The notes: a model not told the origin generated them from the sequence alone. 64,000 bases of DNA from Chrysomallon squamiferum (GCA_012295275.1 CM022667.1:19530001-19594000); one strand, 5' to 3'. Positions 29,001-43,078 are shown, numbered from the stretch's first letter. Program-made: numbers and translations.

Positions 29001-32000
29001 TTAATTTACAGTACACCTTTTCTATACACACTTTTACTTACAGTACACCTTTTTCTATATTTTTTATTTTACAGTACACTTTTTCTATACACTTTTTAAT
29101 TTACAGTACACACCTTTCTATACACTTTTTATTTACAGTAATACACCTTTCTATATTTTTTATTTTACAGTACACCTTTTTATATTTTACTTTTTACAGT
29201 ACACATTTTTCTATACATTTTTACTTTACAGTACACCTTTTTCTATACTTTTTACTTTTTACCTTTTACAGTACAGCACACCTTTCTATACATTTTACTT
29301 TACAGTACACCTTTCTATACACTTTTTTTTTTACAGTACACCTTTTTATACATTTTATTTTTACAGTACACCTTTTCTATACACTTTTTTTTACAGTACA
29401 CCTTTTCTATACTTTTTTACTTACAGTATAAGTACACCTTTTCTATACTTTTTTACTTACAGTACACCTTTCTATACATTTTTTTTTTACAGTACACCTT
29501 TTATACACTTTTTTTATTTACAGTACACCTTTTCTATACATTTTACTTACTTACAGTACACCTTTCTATACACTTTTTTTTTTACATACACCTTTACACC
29601 ATTTTTTATACACTTTTTACTTTTTTTTACAGTAGTACACCTTTTTCTATACACTTTTTTTTTTACACCTTTCTATACATTTTTTTCTAGTACACCTTTC
29701 TTTTACACTTTTTTAATTTACAGTACACCTTTCTATACACTTTTAACTTACAGTACACCTTTTCTATACATTTTAATTTTACAGTACACCTTTCTATACA
29801 CTTTTACTTTACAGTACACCTTTCTATACATTTTACTTTACAGTACACCTTTCTATACATTTTTTACTTACAGTACACCTTTTCTATACATTTTTTTTTT
29901 TACAGTACACCTTTTCTATACACTTTTTATTTTACAGTACACCTTTCTATACACTTTTTACACTTTTTTTAGTACACCTTTCTATACTTTTACTTATACA
30001 GTACACTTTTCTATACATTTTTACTTACAGTACACCTTTTCTATACATTTTATTTACAGTACACCTTTCTATACATTTTACTTACAGTACACCTTTCTAT
30101 ACACTTTTTACTTTTTTACAGTACACCTTTCTATACTATCTTTTACTTACAGTACACCTTTCTATACATTTTACTTACAGTACACCTTTCTATACTTTTT
30201 TTTTTTACAGTACACCTTTCTATACACTTTTTTTTTACAGTACACCTTTCTATACATTTTACTTACAGTACACACCTTTCTATACACTTTTATTTTACAG
30301 TACACCTTTCTATACACTTTCTTTTATACACCTTTTCTATACACTTTTAATTTTTACAGTACACCTTTTCTATACATTTTAATTTTACAGTACACCTTTC
30401 TATACTTTTTTACTTACAGTACACTTTTCTATACACTTTTACTTACAGTACACACCTTTCTATATACACTTTTACTTTACAGTACACCTTTCTATACTTT
30501 TTACTTACAGCACACCTTTCTATACATTTTAATTTTACAGTACACCTTTCTATACACTTTTACTTTACAGTTCACACCTTTCTATACACTTTTATTTTAC
30601 AGTACACCTTTCTATACATTTTTACTTTACAGTACACCTTTTCTATACATTTTAATTTCTTACAGTACACCTTTCTATACACTTTTTTTTTTACAGTACA
30701 CCTTTCTATACACTTTACTTTACAGTACACCTTTTCTATACATTTTAATTTACAGTCACACCTTTTCTATTTTTTTAATTTTACAGTACACCTTTTCTAT
30801 ACACTTTTACTTTACAGTACACCTTTCTATACACTTTTTTCTTACAGTACACCTTTCTATACACTTTTACTATACACACCTTTCTATTTTTATTTTACAG
30901 TACACCTTTCTATACACTTTTACTTACAGTACACCTTTCTATACATTTTATTTTACAGTACACCTTTTCTATACATTTTTATTTACAGTACACCTTTTAT
31001 ATATTTTTTTTTACAGTACACACTTTTCTATACACTTTTTTACAGTACACCTTTCTATATACATTTTTATTTTACAGTACACCTTTTCTATACACTTTTA
31101 ATTTACAGTACACCTTTCTATACACTTTTTAATTTTACAGAACACCTTTCTATACACTTTTACTTTTACAGTACACCTTTTTACACTTTAATTTTACAGT
31201 ACACCTTTTATATACTTTTTACTTTTACAGTACACCTTTTCTATACATTTTTATTTTACAGTACACCTTTCTATACACTTTTTTACTTACAGTACACCTT
31301 TCTATACACTTTTTTTTACTTTACAGTACACCTTTTATTCTTTTTTACTTACAGTACACCTTTCTATACTTTTTACTTACAGTACACCTTTCTATACATT
31401 TTTATTTACAGTACACCTTTTCTATACACTTTTTTTTACAGTACACCTTTCTATATATTTTAATTTTACAGTACACCTTTCTATACATTTTACTTACAGT
31501 ACACCTTTCTATACACTTTTTACTTACAGTACACCTTTCTATACATTTTAATTTTACAGTACACCTTTTCTATACACCTTTTCTATACACTTTTATACTT
31601 TTTACTTACAGTACACCTTTTCTATACACTTTTTTTTTACAGTACACCTTTCTATACAATTTTTACTTTACAGTACACCTTTCTATACACTTTTACTTAC
31701 AGTACACCTTTTCTATACATTTTTTTACAGTACACCTTTTATACACTTTTTTTATATACACCTTTTTATACTTTTTTTTACAGTACACTTTTCTATACAT
31801 TTTTTTACTTACAGTACACCTTTCTATACACTTTTTTACTTACAGTTCACCTTTCTATACATTTTTTACAGTTCACATTTTTTATATACTTTTTAACAAC
31901 AGTACACTTTTCTATACATTTTACTTTACAGTACACCTTTCTATACATTTTACTTTTTACAGTACACCTTTCTATACATTTTTTACTTTACAGTACTTTT

Positions 32001-33200
32001 TCTATACATTTTACTTTACAGTACACCTTTCTATACACTTTTTACTCTTACAGTACACCTTTCTATACATTTTATTTTACAGTACACCTTTCTATATACA
32101 CTTTTTACTTACAGTACACCTTTTATACATTTTACTTATTACAGTTCACCTTTCTATACACTTTTACTTACAGTACACATTTCTATACATTTTACTTACA
32201 GTTCACCTTTCTATACACATTTTACTTACAGTACACCTTTCTATACATTTTACTTACAGTACACCTTTCTATACGTTTTACTTACAGTACACCTTTCTAT
32301 ACACTTTACTTACAGTACACCTTTCTATAATGTTTTACTTACAGTACACCTTTCTATACATTTTACTTACAGTTCACCTTTCTATACACTTTACTTACAG
32401 TTCACCTTTCTATACTCTTTTTTAACAGTAAACCTTTCTATACATTTTACTTACAGTTCACCTTTCTTTACATTTTACTAACAGTAAACCTTTCTATACT
32501 TTTTACAAACTGTAAACCTTTCTATACATTTTACTATCAGTTCACCTTTCTATACCTTTTACAAACAGTAAACCTTTCTAAACTTTTTACAAACAGTAAA
32601 CCTTTCTATACATTTCACTTACAGTTCACTTTTCTATACACTTTACAAACTGTAAATCTTTCTATACTTTTTATAAACAGTTCACCTTTCTATACTTTTT
32701 ACTTACAGTACATCTTTCTATACATTTTACTTACAGTACACCTTTCTATACATTTTACTTACAGTACACCTTTCTATACATTTTAATAACAGTACACCCT
32801 TTTATACATTCTACAAACAATACAGTTTTGTATTTATTTTAGTAACAGTACACCTTTCTATACACTTTACTTACAGTACACCTTTCTATACATTTTACTT
32901 ACAGTACACCTTTCTATACATTTTAATAAAAGTACACCCTTTTATACATTCTACAAACAGTACACCCTTTTATACATTCTACAAACAATACAGTTTTGTA
33001 TTTATTTTAGTAACAGTTCACCTTTCTATACACTTTACTTACAGTACACCTTTCTATACATTTTACTTACAGTACACCTTTCTATACATTTTATTAACAG
33101 TACACCTTTTATACATTTCTACAAACAAAACACCTTTTTTTACATTTTATTTTAGTAACAGTTCACCTTTCTATGCAGTTTACTGACAGTACACTTACAA
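23019..33200. repeat. ~10 kb tandem satellite, 28-bp unit CTTACAGTACACCTTTCTATACA(C/T)TTTA, roughly 350 copies
   Basis: Directly visible periodicity; clean units at the edges, variable T-run lengths in the centre. Confidence 0.97.
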
Positions 33201-33798
33201 ATCTCTGTATTTATACTAACTTTTCTATTAACCTGTGTGTATTTCACTGACAGTACACTTTTCCATACTAACTACTAAAGTACCGCCTTTTTTATAAACC
33301 TCTGTACATTTTATTTATAATCTACTTTTCCATAAACCTCTATAAATTTTACTAACAGTAAACTTTTCTAGAACTGTCTATACATTTTTTTTCACTGTAA
33401 ATTTTTCGAGAAACCTGCGCACATTTCGTATTTTAAAAAAGACTAGTTATATTTCATGCAGTACACATAACTTATTTTTAACATAGGTGAATTATGTTGT
33501 GTTGACGATTTTCTTCCATTTTTCCCCGTAACAGATGTGAAATTTTTTTTTTGTTGCCTCCATTTATTCTTGTTTTAACTTCCTTTTATTTATTTATGTT
33601 TTATATCTTTGCTGCACATTTTTCATTACTTTCAGAATGTTTTATTGTAAATAAAGATTTATCCATTTACATACTGACACCTATCTATGCAAGTAAAAAC
33701 ACACGGACACACTCACACACAAACACACACACACACACATACACTCAACACACACACATATACTCAACACACACACATACACACACACGAAAACATAC

Positions 33799-33955
<157 letters not shown>

Positions 33956-34642
33956 AGCTATGCTATGTTATATGTGCAGGTACGTATACGCATGTATCGC
34001 ATAGGGTTACATACAAACCTATTCAAGTACACACGCCACTTAATATTTGTATACGTGTATGGGATATATGTTATTAATGAAGAGTAGAAAGGCATTAGTT
34101 TAAGTTGTAATTAAAAATATATCTTTAACTGAGAGAATAATAAAAGAATAAATTGACTGAAAATAAATAAATAAATAAATAAATATCGATTTCAAAATAA
34201 TAAGAATTATCAATAAAAACATTCATTGTTTTGAAAGTGCTTATACTTTTAAAGAAAAAAAAATGATCTTTGACAAGGGAGACAATTCTATTGTTTTTCT
34301 TCTTTGAAGTTTAACTTGATTATCAACCTTTCCTGACTTCGTTCATTGTTTTTGGTGGAACTTGTAATCTTTTATAAATATCTAAACCTGTATCCATATC
34401 TCTAATTCTATCTATGTCTACCTGTCTGTCTGTCTGTCTGTCTATCTGTATTTATATACTGAAAGTGTCAGCATAAATGAATGTTAGTTTTACGACGCTA
34501 GACATACGTTGTGTACTTGTGTATGTTTCTGTGTGTGTGTGTGTATGTCCGTGTTTGTTTGTGTGTGTGTGTGTGCGTTTGCGTGTGTTTGTCTGTGTGT
34601 ATTTTAAAGTATATTAACAGGAATGGTGTGATTTTGTAAGAT

Positions 34643-35082
34643 TTATGTTTGGATCAAACTTGTACAGATCTAAGTTTAGTTTTATGACTGGATCAAACTT
34701 GTGCAGATCTAAGTTTAGTTTTATGACTGAATCAAACTTTTACATATCTAAGTTTAGTTTTATGATTGAATCAAACTTGTACAGATCTAAGTTTAGTTTT
34801 ATGACTGAATCAAACTTTTACAGATCTAAGTTTAGTTTTATGTCTGAATCAAACTTGTACAGATCTAAGTTTAGTTTTATGACTGAATCAAACTTGTACA
34901 GATCTAATTTTAGTTTTATGACTGAATCAAACTTGTACAGATCTAAGTTTAGTTTTATGACTGAATCAAACTTGTACAGATCTAATTTTAGTTTTATGTC
35001 CGGGTCAAACTGGTACAAATCTAGATCGGCTTTTTATGTTTGAATAAAACTTAAATAGATTCAAAGTTTAGTTTTATGACTG
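34643..35082. repeat. Minisatellite, 39-bp unit TTTATGACTGAATCAAACTTGTACAGATCTAAGTTTAGT
   Basis: About 11 copies; explains ORF 34645..35043. Confidence 0.95.
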
Positions 35083-35408
35083 ACAAGGGACTTTTCAGAT
35101 TATTTTTAGTTTCATTTTAATATATATATAGATAGATAGATATAGATATAAATATATATAGATATAAATATGTATAATTGTAGAATATGAACGAAGGGAC
35201 GAACGATTTTTTTTCTTTCATTTTAAGATATATATATATATATATATATAGAAAGAATTTTAGATAGATAGCCAAATAGATAGATATTTTAAATATTAAA
35301 ACGTCTTGCGGTTGAATTAATTTTAATTTTATGTCAAACTGTATTCCATTTTATTACCACACTATTAATGCGATTGAATTAATTGTTGTTGTTATTAGTT
35401 GTAATTTA

Positions 35409-35467
<59 letters not shown>

Positions 35468-36789
35468 CCTGCATCGCAATCTTTTTTTTTTCTTTTTTCT
35501 TTTTTTTTTTTTTTTTTTTGATATCAAACGCTGCTGTTTTGTCTTAATTCAACTGAAAACATTTAATATTAAAATTAGAAATACTTTTCAGCATTACCAA
35601 TAGACTAAACAAAGCATTTAGTGAAGTGTTATAACTGAACGTACAAATTGCGTGAGTTCATGCGTTTGCACACACACAAAAAAATAACTAAATTAATAAA
35701 AATACAATAAAATGAATTCTGACATGGAGTAATGAAGCTCCAGGGAAACAGGGTATTTTTCTCATTTCAGTGTAAACAACATTTCATTATATTTATTATT
35801 TATCTGAAAGATTTTGCTTTTCCACACGTTACTTATATTTGATCTGATTAAAAAAAAGAGATATAACTAACTGTCAGAGAGATGTCGTAGATTTTAGGAT
35901 CGATACTCGTTATGTCTTTTAACATTCAGTCGCCTGTTTCAATGGTGTATATAAAACTGTGGTGTGTTCTATCTTGCCAGTAGTAGAATTTATAAAAGAC
36001 AAATTGTTTATGTGAGGTGATATATTTCACTCTCAAACTATATATCTGTTACTGTAATTTTAAAAGAACTAAATTATCATAAGTATGTATTTATTTTCTA
36101 ATTCGAACACTTATTCATGACTTATTTATAAATGTACAGTTTTTTTCTTTCTTATAGATACGCTGTAAATTCGACAGAAAAAAAAGCAAAATAAACTGTA
36201 ATCTTTTTTTTATATATAGGGTCGACAAATATTATAATTGAGTTTTGAAAGTCATCGGAAGGAAATATTTTAAAATCACGATAATAAACGTTCTGTCTTA
36301 TTTATTTATTTGTTTGTTTGTTTGTTTGTTTGTTTGTTTGCTTATTTATTTATTTGTCTGCCTCGTAAATAGCTTTACACAGCGAAGAGTCATATTTGAC
36401 AGATAGACGAACATTTCAAATAGTTTATTATAGAGAAAATTCATGCTGTACTTTTAAATTTCTAGGTTCAGCTTTTCAGATGAAATTTATTTTCCCTCAG
36501 GCTGTGTCTTTTTTACATAACAGGTTGATTTACATGCTTTCAAGCATAAAGATTTATATCATGTAATGTATATTATCAATTTCGCTTTTTATATTTTTAA
36601 AATATTGCTGCATTAATACCTCATTTACATACTAAATTTTTAGTTTTGTTATCAAACACATTAATCAGCTTTTTATAATTAAGAACTAATGATTAATTAT
36701 GTAGATAACGCAACTGAATGTTAATATTTTTGGCGAATTGATGTATATATAAATGATACGAACGTTAATTAGAGTGACTTCCCTTTACA

Positions 36790-37249
36790 TCGATTGCAGA
36801 CGCTCAATAACACATGCGCAGACGTCACTTGTGCCGCAACTGCAAATTACCACGTGAAAATGGAAGAGGAGAAACCCCGCTGGGACATCGAAGTAGAAAT
36901 AGTCTCCTCATTGGAGGGAGAACTCTGCAGTTTTCTTCTCCCCGGGGAGCCCGGGCCATTCGCATATGTTATCTCCAAGCAAAGCTCATTGCGAGAAGCC
37001 AAAAATATCACGTATTATTTCCCAAGCGTTGGAACAATCGGCGAATTCGCTCAACCGACAGCGGGCGTGTTCAAAGGTTCGAACCCTGGGGAGTAACCCC
37101 CATGGGTGCCGTTGCTTTCGAGGCAATTCAATATTCATTTGATGGTGTAGCTAGCACACATGCTGTGCTTTGGCGTTCTGGGCTCCGAGTTTGGAGCGGT
37201 TGTCAGACGAGGGACTAGCCGAACTGGGAGGTAACTTAACGTTGTGACA
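36790..37249 (+). promoter_or_regulatory. Putative promoter/5' UTR of the ZNF423-like gene (GC- and CpG-rich island)
   Basis: About 450 bp of GC/CpG-rich sequence directly before the ATG, with CATGCGCA, GACGTCA, CACGTG and three CCCNNGGG palindromes (36939, 37083, 37097). TSS not determinable. Confidence 0.65.
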
Positions 37250-37289
37250 ATGTCACGGCGAAAACAAGCGCGACCGAAATCGTGTAAAT
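37250..37289 (+). CDS. ZNF423: Coding exon 1: [13 protein letters not shown] (NuRD-interaction motif)
   Basis: ATG TCA CGG CGA AAA CAA GCG CGA CCG AAA TCG TGT AAA T followed by a consensus donor gtaagt; matches the MSRRKQxxP motif of FOG/SALL/BCL11/ZNF423. Confidence 0.92.
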
Positions 37290-37759
37290 GTAAGTATAGT
37301 TATATATACGCTCCATTCTGTTATTATCACTACCGTTTATCCATTTCTTTCGGTCTTGTGCATTCAAAACAATTACTTGCTTTGATCAATTAGATTACTG
37401 TTGCTTTGGTTACAACCAAGTGACGCAAAATCGACCGACTCTGACGTTTGAAATCTGTGCTTCGGTGTGTTTTGATTTATTATGACGTTTTAACAAACAT
37501 TCAGCCCATGGTGAATACATGTATATTATTTTTCAGAAATTAAAACTGTTACTAAAGCCACACAAACATATCAGATCTGACGACTTACAGTAGTTGATTT
37601 TATACCGGTACTTCATAATTATCTACAGCGACAGAATTATATCATACATGTAATATTTAACTTTCAGTAGTCGGAGATATTTGCTATTATTTTTATTTAT
37701 TTGTTTGTTTTATAACCATCATCATCGTTATTGCCGTCATATTTATCATCATAATCATT

Positions 37760-37834
<75 letters not shown>

Positions 37835-38786
37835 TCCTTTTAATTAAGGAGTGAAATATAATTTCACATAAAAGGACAAAATAATTATAATAATAATAAT
37901 AAACATTTAGCTAAAAGGGGTGTGTTGAGTCACTTTTTAATTCATGCGTTTCTTTCATTAGTAGCTTTTCTACTCATTTACAAATAAAACTGAAGATGGA
38001 AATGTAATATTGCACAAAGGAATAAGATGTTGGCTTTAGAATGACATTTATTATTTGTTACATTCTCTATACTGCTGCAGTATAAAAAGTGAGGTGATGA
38101 GGGAAAACAAAATATACTGAATATTTACATTAAAGAAATATACTATTAAAGTAATTTACTGAATATTTATATAAAAAAAAACATACAGAATATTTACATT
38201 AAAGAAACATACTGAATATTTACATTAAAGAACTGTACTGAATATCTACATTAAAGAAACATACTGAATATTTACATTAAAGAAACATACTGAATATTTG
38301 CATTAAAGAAACAAACTGAATATTTACACTAAAGAAACACACTGAATATTTACACTAAAGAAACATACTGAATATTTACATTAACAAAACATACTGAATA
38401 TTTACATTAAAGAAACATACAGAATATTTACATTTAAAAAAAAAAACATACTTGTATTTACATTAAAGAAGTCTACTGAATATGAATATTACCTGAACTT
38501 CTTATCATCTGACATCATTTCACTGATGTCACAGTTACTGCTTGCTGTTTGAGTCAGTGAGTAACGACTCAGCTATTGTCCCGGTAACCACTGACCCCTC
38601 CTGACTTGTTTAAGGAGCTCTTTCCTGCTGTTTTATTCATCACTTGATGTTCTTAAGGAGAAGTGCTCAAAGGGAGTTCACACAAACAACTCCAGCTTTA
38701 CAGACTGTGTGACTCCCCCAGGGGTGGAGATACATGTTTGACTGTGGGCTGTATATATATGTGTGTAAAATGAATTAAAATGAATG

Positions 38787-38820
<34 letters not shown>

Positions 38821-38853
38821 GTAATAGTAATAATAATAGTAATAGTAATAGTA

Positions 38854-38933
<80 letters not shown>

Positions 38934-39961
38934 GATGACGATGATTATGATGATAAATATGATGATATATATATTTGTGTGTGTGTGTGTGTGTGTTTTA
39001 TAATTAAAATGAAATATGTGTTCTAAAATTTCTCTTCTTACTATAAAACAAATGAATTACGTTTGACCATTCTCATAATGCCATTATATGAAACAACAAA
39101 CATTATTATTGATGTAATATACATTAATTTTCTTATAATGAGTAATAAGAGATTTATGACCTTACATTATATAGATAGATAGATAGATATAGATATAGTG
39201 CCACACTGTAAGAAAATCAGTAAATTTAACATAAAATGTCATTTAAATGTATTTGAGTATTATATGTCATATTTGCCTATTAGCATATCATTATTTAGTA
39301 TTAAAATTAGTAGATCATAATTCATTACTAAGAGGTAGATTATCATTTTCTTCTAATGTTAAATGTAGTCAAATTTTGACTAGTAATAAGAATATTATAA
39401 TATCACATATATCAAGACAATCAGTTTTTATATCATAATTAATTGTGTAGATTTTAATCTAATATTAGAATTAGAAGATTATATTTCGAAAAAATTAAAA
39501 CCTTTTATGAAATATTTTCTCATATATATGTATATATATATATATAAGAGAAATAGAAAAAAGGTTTTAGTTGAGATTAGTATTTGATTGATTTTTTTTT
39601 TCCACTGTTGCCTGCATCCCTCAGTTTTCTGGATCAGTCCTTCTCTGTGGTCAGTTTGAAGTATCACATGTGATAATGATTCTGTTCTGCCTGTATGAAG
39701 GTGAATGTAAAATACTTCCGCTTTGAGAGAAATTCCCATGGTGAGACTCTTCTCTTTGTTTTCATGTTTTTTTTAAAAATATTATTCAAAGTTTATTGTA
39801 GTGATTGTTTTATTTTATTTTTGTTTCAGTGAGTGTGTCAGATGAAGGTGAAGGTCAAACAGATGTCGTAAATGATGATGATCAGTCTGTGGAAGAGGAG
39901 AAGAAGTTACCAGAAAAAGGTTGTTTGTTTGTTTGTTTGTTTGTTTGTTTGTTTGTTTGTT

Positions 39962-39992
<31 letters not shown>

Positions 39993-42410
39993 TGTCTTTT
40001 GTTTGTTTGTTTATTTGTTGTGTTTTTTTTTGTTTTTTTTCCTAATTATTTATTTGTTATTTGTGTGTATTTTATATATATATTTTTTAATTTATTCATT
40101 TATTTATTTTAAAAAGTTATTTTTATTTTTTTTTTTTTTTTCTCTTTTCCTTTTTGTTTGTTTATTTTATTTTTTTACTAATTTATTCATATTCTCACAT
40201 TATAATGTACTACATTATGAAATTGGAAGAGAAGAATAAAATAAATACTGATGACCAACTTAGGTCTCCAAAATATCCAAAACACACCACTACACTTAAA
40301 ACAGACTCAGAATAACACAGGTACTGTATCTACACTAACACTGTGTCTTTTCTGTCACAGAAACATCGGAACAGCCAGCACCATCATATAGTGATGACAT
40401 TGATGACGATGGCACTGTTCTGTCTGATGAAGATCCAGCAGAGATTGGATCAGAAGCGTTCCACTGCGAGACCTGTAACACTATCTTCAGTAGTCTGGGG
40501 CAGTTTATGGACCACTGCAACTTTGACTGTTGTGGGGGTGAGTGGCTAAACAAAATCTACATCTTGTTTTAATTTCTGTGTGTTTATTTCCAGTTTACTG
40601 CTTTTTGTTAAAGTGTACCAGCCATAGTGATAACTTACAGCATGCTGTATCAACCACAAAATATCTGTCTTCTTGTTTGTGTACAGACACATACACAGAC
40701 AGATAGATAGACAGAGAGACAGACAGACTGATGTTGTATACAAACATATATGTATACAAATATATATGCATACAAACATATATGTATCTATCTACATATC
40801 TGTCTGTCTATCTACATGCAGATCCAGACACATTCACCCACCAACCACACACCCCCACACACACATAGATATTGCAAACAATACACTGTCAATAAAATCT
40901 AGTAATAAAATACCGTTTTTGAAATTTAATTATCATTTAGTTAAACAAGAATAACAAGAAGGAATTTCACTTTGTATCATTGTAATCACTTCATTGTTGA
41001 ATGTTGTTCTGTTTCATGCAAGTCATGAATATTAAAATAGAAACAGCATCGCTGTTGTTTAGAAAATTAAAATGGCAGCATAAAGAAATAGATTGTTTTG
41101 TGAAATCCCCGGTCTGTATAGGAAAAACATTCTTCATTTCAGTATAATTAATTGTAGCTCTCCAGGGGTTACTCTCACTTCCACTTGAGAGTTATCACCA
41201 GTGATCTGTCTGCTGTAGTAGATAAAAACAGGAAATTCCCATTCTAACTGCTCCTGGTTACACTCACTTATAATTTTTTTGAACTGGATATAACCATGAG
41301 TTTCCAAATCCAGCTAAAAATAATTACTCTTACCTCAATTTCCCATTCTAACTGCTGTTGCAATATGAATTAATTTCTGGTGTAATTAGATCAAAGTAAA
41401 TATGACCCTGAAAAGGTCAGAAAGGATATGATGTGAATACAGGATCTTTCATATACTAAATGTAAATGAATGTATCTTTGTAAACACAGCTATTTAGTGT
41501 ATTCAATAAAATAACTCAAATTAAAATTAATCTTATTAGAAATTTCTTTTGGGAAGATTTTATTATATTTATATGACATAGGAGCTGTATATTTAGCTGC
41601 CTCATTTGAGACAATCCTGTATGTGTGTTTGTTTGTTTGTGTGTGTGTGGGTGTGTGTGTATGAATATTTGTGTGTTTGTGTATGTGTGAATGTTTTTTA
41701 TTGTAATAGCTGGTGGTAAAACATTTTCAGGTTTGAGCAAAAGATGATTAAAGATAACAGAATATGTTGAATTTGTGCAGATATAAATATTTAACCAGTT
41801 TGTAAGTGACGACAAAACTAAGGATTTTAATAGGATCATATTTACTTCTTTTATATTAACTTCCCAAAACCTGTATTATCTTACATTCTTACCTGCCACA
41901 CTTTGTTTTAGTCTGTTAAAATTTAATAAGCTCATTTTCTTGTTTCTAGCTAGAATTTTATTATTATCAAAAGCAGTAATAGTAGTAGTAGTAGTAGTAC
42001 TGATGTATTATAAATTATTAATATTGTAACCTATATCCAAAATATCCAAATGAATTGTAGCAGCAATAGTATTGTTATTGTTGTTATTATTAGTATAGTA
42101 ATGGTAGTACTAATGATATTGTTTTATTATTATTATAATTGTTGTTATTATTGTTGTTGTTGTTGTTAATATTATTAGTAATAGTAGTAGTCATAGTAGT
42201 AGCAATGATATTGTTTTATTATTATAATTGTTATTATTATTGTTGTTGTAGTTGTTGTTGTTATTAACATTATTATTATTATTATTATTAGTAGTAGTAG
42301 TAGTAGTAGGAATAGTAATAGTAGTAGTAATGATATTAGTTTATTATTATTATTATAATTGTTATTATTATCATTATTATTGTTGTTTTTGTTGTTGTTG
42401 CTGTTATTAA

Positions 42411-42447
<37 letters not shown>

Positions 42448-42811
42448 ATGAATATGATTATTACTACTACTGCTACTATTCTACAAACAAAGAATGCAAG
42501 CCTGATGTTGTGTGTTTCCCAGGGGACAGGTAGGAAGGTATCTAATTATTTAGAGTCAGACTGCCCAGGGATTCCTCTAACAATAAAGCACATCTCAGTT
42601 TCCCAGCACCAGGCTCTGGCTGCCATGGTAGCGTGCTGCCCCCTGGGGATAGCAAATGGAAATACTGTTTGACTGTCTGCTAGTCTCTGGAACGCTGGCT
42701 CCCTGGGGAGTGGGAGGCATGTAACATCCTCTATTGATTTTAATCTCATTCAGCTTAGTTGTTTAAATGCAGAATAAAAAATAGGTATAGCTTTTTGTGT
42801 GTGTGTGTGTG

Positions 42812-42893
<82 letters not shown>

Positions 42894-43078
42894 GTGTGTG
42901 TGTGTGTGTGGGTGTGTGCAAACATATATGGGTGTATTTGTGTGTTTTGTGTGTGTGGGTGGGTGCAAGTATACAATGGGTATATATATATGAGGGCATG
43001 TGTATTTGTGTGTGTGTGTTTGTACTAATATATATGGGTGTATATATGAGGGTGTGTGTGTGCATGTGCACACGTATT

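Noticed and set aside
23019-33200. 28-bp repeat array as a CRISPR array or as coding (ORFs 22982..24175, 24758..25291)
   Set aside because: Units are head-to-tail with no unique spacers, there are no cas genes, the context is eukaryotic, and the ORFs are translations of the repeat.
34645-35043. 13-aa repeat proteins from 39-bp minisatellites (also 53446..53878)
   Set aside because: A unit length divisible by 3 keeps frames open by chance; no splice or promoter support.
36794-37218. 100-aa and 134-aa ORFs upstream of exon 1 as separate genes
   Set aside because: No recognisable homology; explained by the GC-rich promoter island. Only the short uORF portions are kept as a finding.
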